Shown one piece after another: positions 59,965-64,000 of a stretch of 64,000 nucleotides of DNA. Position 1 is the first letter of the stretch. Each line of letters begins with the position of its first letter. The stretch is from NCBI GenBank assembly GCA_965112155.1, contig OZ218104.1; one strand, 5' to 3'. The notes below the pieces were generated by a model. That model was not told where the DNA came from, did not search any database, and saw only the letters and a program-made list of their open reading frames with translations. The position numbers and the translations under genes were made by a program. The DNA is from Podarcis liolepis. Lineage: Eukaryota.

Positions 59965-60496
59965 AATCCAAGCAATTTCGGAGACAAAAGCTCTTATGAG
60001 AAAAGTATAGGATATACCCAATACTAGTCCTGGCCCACTGAATGGATGTTTTACTAACTTAGGCCCATTCATTTCATGGAAGGAGGGGTGAAATTCAAAC
60101 AGGAAATGAAAATAAATCAGCTCGTTTGAAAGTTTGTGGGACAACTGCTAGTTGTGTCCATTCATTTCAATGGGTCTACACTAGACTAGGAAAAGCCCTG
60201 GATACAACCCACAGTGTACAAGTGTGCAGCCATACCCTATATTGGGACCCTCCCAGTCTTGTTGGACCCAAACCTCATCAGCCCAGCCAGTGCAGCCAAT
60301 GGCCAGTGATGATGGAAATTGCTGTCACACGTCATCACAGAGTGTGTGTTGTGTCCTCGGCTCCCCCATCCCTGCTATCACTCTCTCAGCCATGAGAAAC
60401 TCAGACCAGTCTCTTGAGACCCCAGAAAGAGTGAGAGAGAAACAGACCTCCCTTCTCCTCTCTCTCACCCCCCAAGGAAACACCATGTGGCTTTAC

Positions 60497-60641
60497 CTTT
60501 TCAGAATGTTTGAAATGCCTCCAGAAGTGAGTGTACATGCGCTTGGTGGCTTTCTCTGGATAGCAGGCCACGGTTTTGATGTAGATTTTCAAGCTGCGCT
60601 CCAAGAGCTGGTTCACCTCCCTGTAATCATAGTCGTCGTAC
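60497..60641 (-). CDS. SESN2: Sestrin-2 coding exon, 145 nt ([48 protein letters not shown])
   Basis: ccccag|G acceptor, AAG|GTAAAG donor; frame continuous with neighbouring exons. Confidence 0.96.
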
Positions 60642-62021
60642 CTGGGGGGAAAGTGCAAAGATGTGAACGTTACGGGGCTGCCTTCTATCAAGTCAAAACA
60701 TTAAGAACGCGAGTGGCCCAAGTAGTGCAGCATCCTGTTCTCACAGAGGTCAAGCAGATGCCTAGGGGAAGCCTCCATGCCAGGCCCAAGTGCAAAAGCA
60801 ACTCCCCCCCCCCCCATTTCCAGCAACTGGCGTTCTAAGGCCTCTGGCGTTGGTAGCAGAACACAGCCACAAAGTACATCTAATCCTCTTTGAAAACTAT
60901 CCAAGTTGGTGGCCATCACTACTTCCTGGGGGATTAAATTCCATAATCTAAGCATGCACTCTGTGTAGAGATCCTCTTTCTTTATCCATCTTCCAACAGT
61001 AGAGTCCATTTTGACAGGCAGCAACTCTCTGGCGTCTTCTGCAGAGGAGCCCTTTCCTGGCTCTGCTCAGAAAGGTACTTTAAACTGGACGCGCCAGGGA
61101 CTGAGCCAGTGAAATTCTGCATGCAAGCACATGCCCTGTACCCCTAAGCTATGGCGCTTCCCAGAGAAATCACTTCTTTAGCCACACGCCAACTAACAGC
61201 ACAACTGTCCCTTCCCTCTTCGTTTAAGTCAGGGGGTGAGCCCCTGGCCTAATTTCATTGGGGGGTGGCGAAGAAGGGAAAGAGGGTGGGCAGAAAGAGA
61301 AACCAGCGGTAGGAAAAGGTTAGCTACCCCTGCTCTAGGGAAGCTGTTCCATTCACATGGCAGATCCAGCCGAGGATATGACAGGACAAGTCCTCCCACA
61401 TCCCACAAACGTGCCTAACATCCGACCTCTCTATGAATTAGGTGACTCAGCTCCCTTGAGTCACACCTGTTTGGTGAGATCTGTGCAAGGCTAGTCACAG
61501 AAATCAATCCAGCCAAAACACACAAAACAGTCAATCTCCTCCTTCAGTCCTATACTAAACAAAGCAACCGGTCTGAGAAGGACGATGGATCTCAGTAGAA
61601 CCAGGCTATGGTTTAGCATCACATGACTAAGCTTTGGGCTTGTGTGCTTCCTCCTCTCACCTATGTGCCCTACTTCCTGATTTAAGGCAAACCATAGTTT
61701 ACATGAACCAGCAAACTAGGGTTTATCTGCAAAGTTTCTTACAATTTCTAATCCCACTTTTCAGACATTTGTAGTTTCCCAAACGGGTAAGCAACTAATT
61801 AAGCAAAATCCATGAAGGACTGATGGCGCACCTGAGTACAAGACTCATCCACAAAGTGCCATGCTATGGTTTGGTGCTGCAAGCAACTTGATCCAATGCT
61901 TTCCTTTCTTAGAAGTAATCATTCAGCAAAGTAAAGGTCTGGAAAGGTCTCAGGTTAGCCTTGATGAGACACAATGCAGTGCGGAGGGGAGAGGAGGGGA
62001 GGGGAGAAACCAAAGTCTTAC

Positions 62022-62212
62022 CGAATGCCGAAGACACAGTGCACATAATTCCAGATGGCCCTCCGGAGCATGGATGTGTCCACCCCACTGTGCATGGCTA
62101 TGGTGTTATACGTCAGGTTGTAGACCACCTGGAATTTCTCATCCAGCAATTGCCCCACATCAGGATATAGGCGATTGATGAGTGAGTAGCCATGGTCCTC
62201 CCAGGTGTAATC
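62022..62212 (-). CDS. SESN2: Sestrin-2 coding exon, 191 nt ([64 protein letters not shown])
   Basis: ctacacag| acceptor, CG|GTAAGA donor; sestrin leucine-binding region. Confidence 0.96.
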
Positions 62213-62837
62213 CTGTGTAGAAAATGAAACATAAGGACATAAAGTGAGCCTGTTGGATCAAGCCCATGGCCCATCCAGTCCAACATCCGGTTCTCACAGT
62301 GGCCAAGCAGATGCCTGCAGGCTGGACTGGAGTGCAACAGCAGTCTGCGATTCCCAGCAATTGGTAGTCAGAAGCATGATGCCTCTGGCAATGCAGGTAA
62401 AGCATAGCCAATGTGGTTAGTAGCTGCTTATAGCCTTGGCCGCCATGAATGTGACTTATACTCTTTTAAAGCAATTCAAGTCGGTGGCCACCACCAAACA
62501 GCCTCTGTGCCACAAAGCCTACTGATGCTCTTAAGTGGTTTGCCATTTTGACAGTTCTTGCCCTGCACTCATCTACTTAAAGTAGAACAATATAGCATTG
62601 TAGAATGCACAGGTACTAAGTTCATCTATCTATAAGATTTGAACTCTGGTGTCCAAGGTCACAGCCCAACACTTTTACTGCTACACCACACTGGCAAATA
62701 TTGCATATTACCAATCTGCTGGATTGCTATCAAAGGACAGAACTGGCATTGCGTTTTGAAGAATGAGGGAGTGGGGTTGGGAGAGACTAGGAACCTTCAC
62801 ACACAGCAGGGACCGTGAATGCATGCGGACAAGGTAC

Positions 62838-62953
62838 CTGAGCTCGGAAAGTCGGGGGCGTCTGTTCTCCTCTCCTGGTGAAATCCTTGTATCCAAATTC
62901 TGGGTCCTCCACAAAGCACATCACATTGGGAGGCAGGGAGTGTTCAGCAATGT
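62838..62953 (-). CDS. SESN2: Sestrin-2 coding exon, 116 nt (DIAEHSLPPNVMCFVEDPEFGYKDFTRRGEQTPPTFRAQ)
   Basis: cccactag| acceptor, CAG|GTACCT donor; FVEDP.FGY.DFTRRG..PPTFRAQ motif. Confidence 0.94.
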
Positions 62954-63607
62954 CTAGTGGGAATAAAGCCCCAAGGAAGATTAATGTGAGAGCATCAAAA
63001 ACACCACCCTCTGGACAGTGCTTTCTCTTATACCAGGGCAGGTGCTATGTGCAACTAAGCTGTTCAACTAGAATACACCCTAGAAAAATAAAGGGAGTTT
63101 GGAGCCTAGAATTATTCTTTATTCATTTTGCCAAGACAGGATAGGAATAGCACTATAGTTCCCATCTTGCATGTGTATAATCCTTCTCTCACAAAAGGAA
63201 CTTGCTCTCCTTTTTCCAGCTTCAGTGGCTAAATGCAGAACACATCTGTACTATACATGTAAAGCAGTATCATACCATACCAAACTGTAGTTTGTTTAAG
63301 GGTGATGTGAGTTGTTAGGAGATCCCTATTCCCTGCAGGGAGCCACAATTCCCAGATTTCCCTAGGAAGAGGGACTGATTGTTAAACCGCTCTGGGAACT
63401 GTGGCTGTGTGAGGGGGATTACCTTGTTGCACTAAGTTCCAGTGGAAGAGTCTCTACTTCCCTTTGCACAGTCTGCTTTTGGTTGTTGACAGCACAGACA
63501 CTGGGAGATCCCCCCCCTCAAATCTTTTCCAAGTCTAGCAGGCCATATCACTAGGAAACTCCCCACTGAAATGGCTTGGATCCCATCTGAGAACTTGCCT
63601 GTCTTAC

Positions 63608-63758
63608 CCGAGGGAGTAACGAGCAGACTCTCTCTCTTTTCCATCTCAAAGCGGGTCTCCATCTCCTCCTGGGTGACTGCCTCCTCTTCCAGCTGGCACT
63701 CTTGCAGAAGCTTCATTCTCTCCATCAGCACTTCCACCTCCTCCATAGCATCTGAGCC
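63608..63758 (-). CDS. SESN2: Sestrin-2 coding exon, 151 nt ([50 protein letters not shown]); upstream exons lie outside the window
   Basis: ttctcag| acceptor, G|GTAAGA donor; [25 protein letters not shown] matches SESN2; synteny with MED18 supports SESN2 over SESN1/3. Confidence 0.93.
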
Positions 63759-63837
63759 CTGAGAACATTGGGACAGAAACCAGTCAGTCCTCAGAATGAC
63801 GGCTGGAGAGGGGCACACATTTATAAAGTGCTTAACT

Positions 63838-64000
63838 GGGGAACGGCTGTAGCTCAGTGGTACAGCACCTGCTTTGCAGGCAAAGGGGCCTCCAGTTCAA
63901 TCCCCAGGATCTCCACTTGGGGGTGGGAATGTCCCCCTCTTGAAACCTTGAAGAGCCTGTTGGAGAGCTGTTGCCAGTCAGTGTAGACAACACTGAGCTA
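63838..64000 (+). mobile_element. tRNA-derived squamate SINE (Squam2-like), runs off the window end
   Basis: GTAGCTCAGTGG A box, AGTTCAATCC B box, GGAGAGCTG...GCCAGTCAGTGTAGACAACACTGAGCTA body. Confidence 0.8.

Noticed and set aside
60224-60838. 204-aa plus-strand ORF
   Set aside because: Antisense shadow of a SESN2 exon flanked by MITE and CR1 sequence; no coherent protein.

Overview
Vertebrate genomic DNA, almost certainly a squamate reptile and probably a lacertid lizard (Sauria SINE, RTE-BovB, reptile-type tRNA SINEs, CR1/L2 fragments). Three protein-coding genes lie on the minus strand in the order known from human 1p35. (1) The 3' half of SESN2: five coding exons at 63758-59584 plus a long 3' UTR. 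(2) The complete MED18: a non-coding first exon in a CpG island near 42 kb and coding exons 39831-39759 and 39210-38657 (208 aa). (3) The 5' end of PHACTR4: CpG-island first exon near 24.4-24.65 kb, a ~24 kb intron 1, and a 47-nt exon 2 carrying the start codon (MEDSI...). The rest is intronic or intergenic and full of transposons. The most unusual structure is a set of three non-autonomous Tc2/Kanga-type DNA transposons (CCGTA...TACGG termini, TA duplications) in PHACTR4 intron 1. Two of them carry GC-rich tandem arrays of 118-119-bp double-hairpin units. Unit stems differ between arrays but remain base-paired through compensatory changes, and each element has its own variant of the subterminal repeat. 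A 132-N assembly gap lies at 57969-58100. All identifications are by eye and recall, with no database search.
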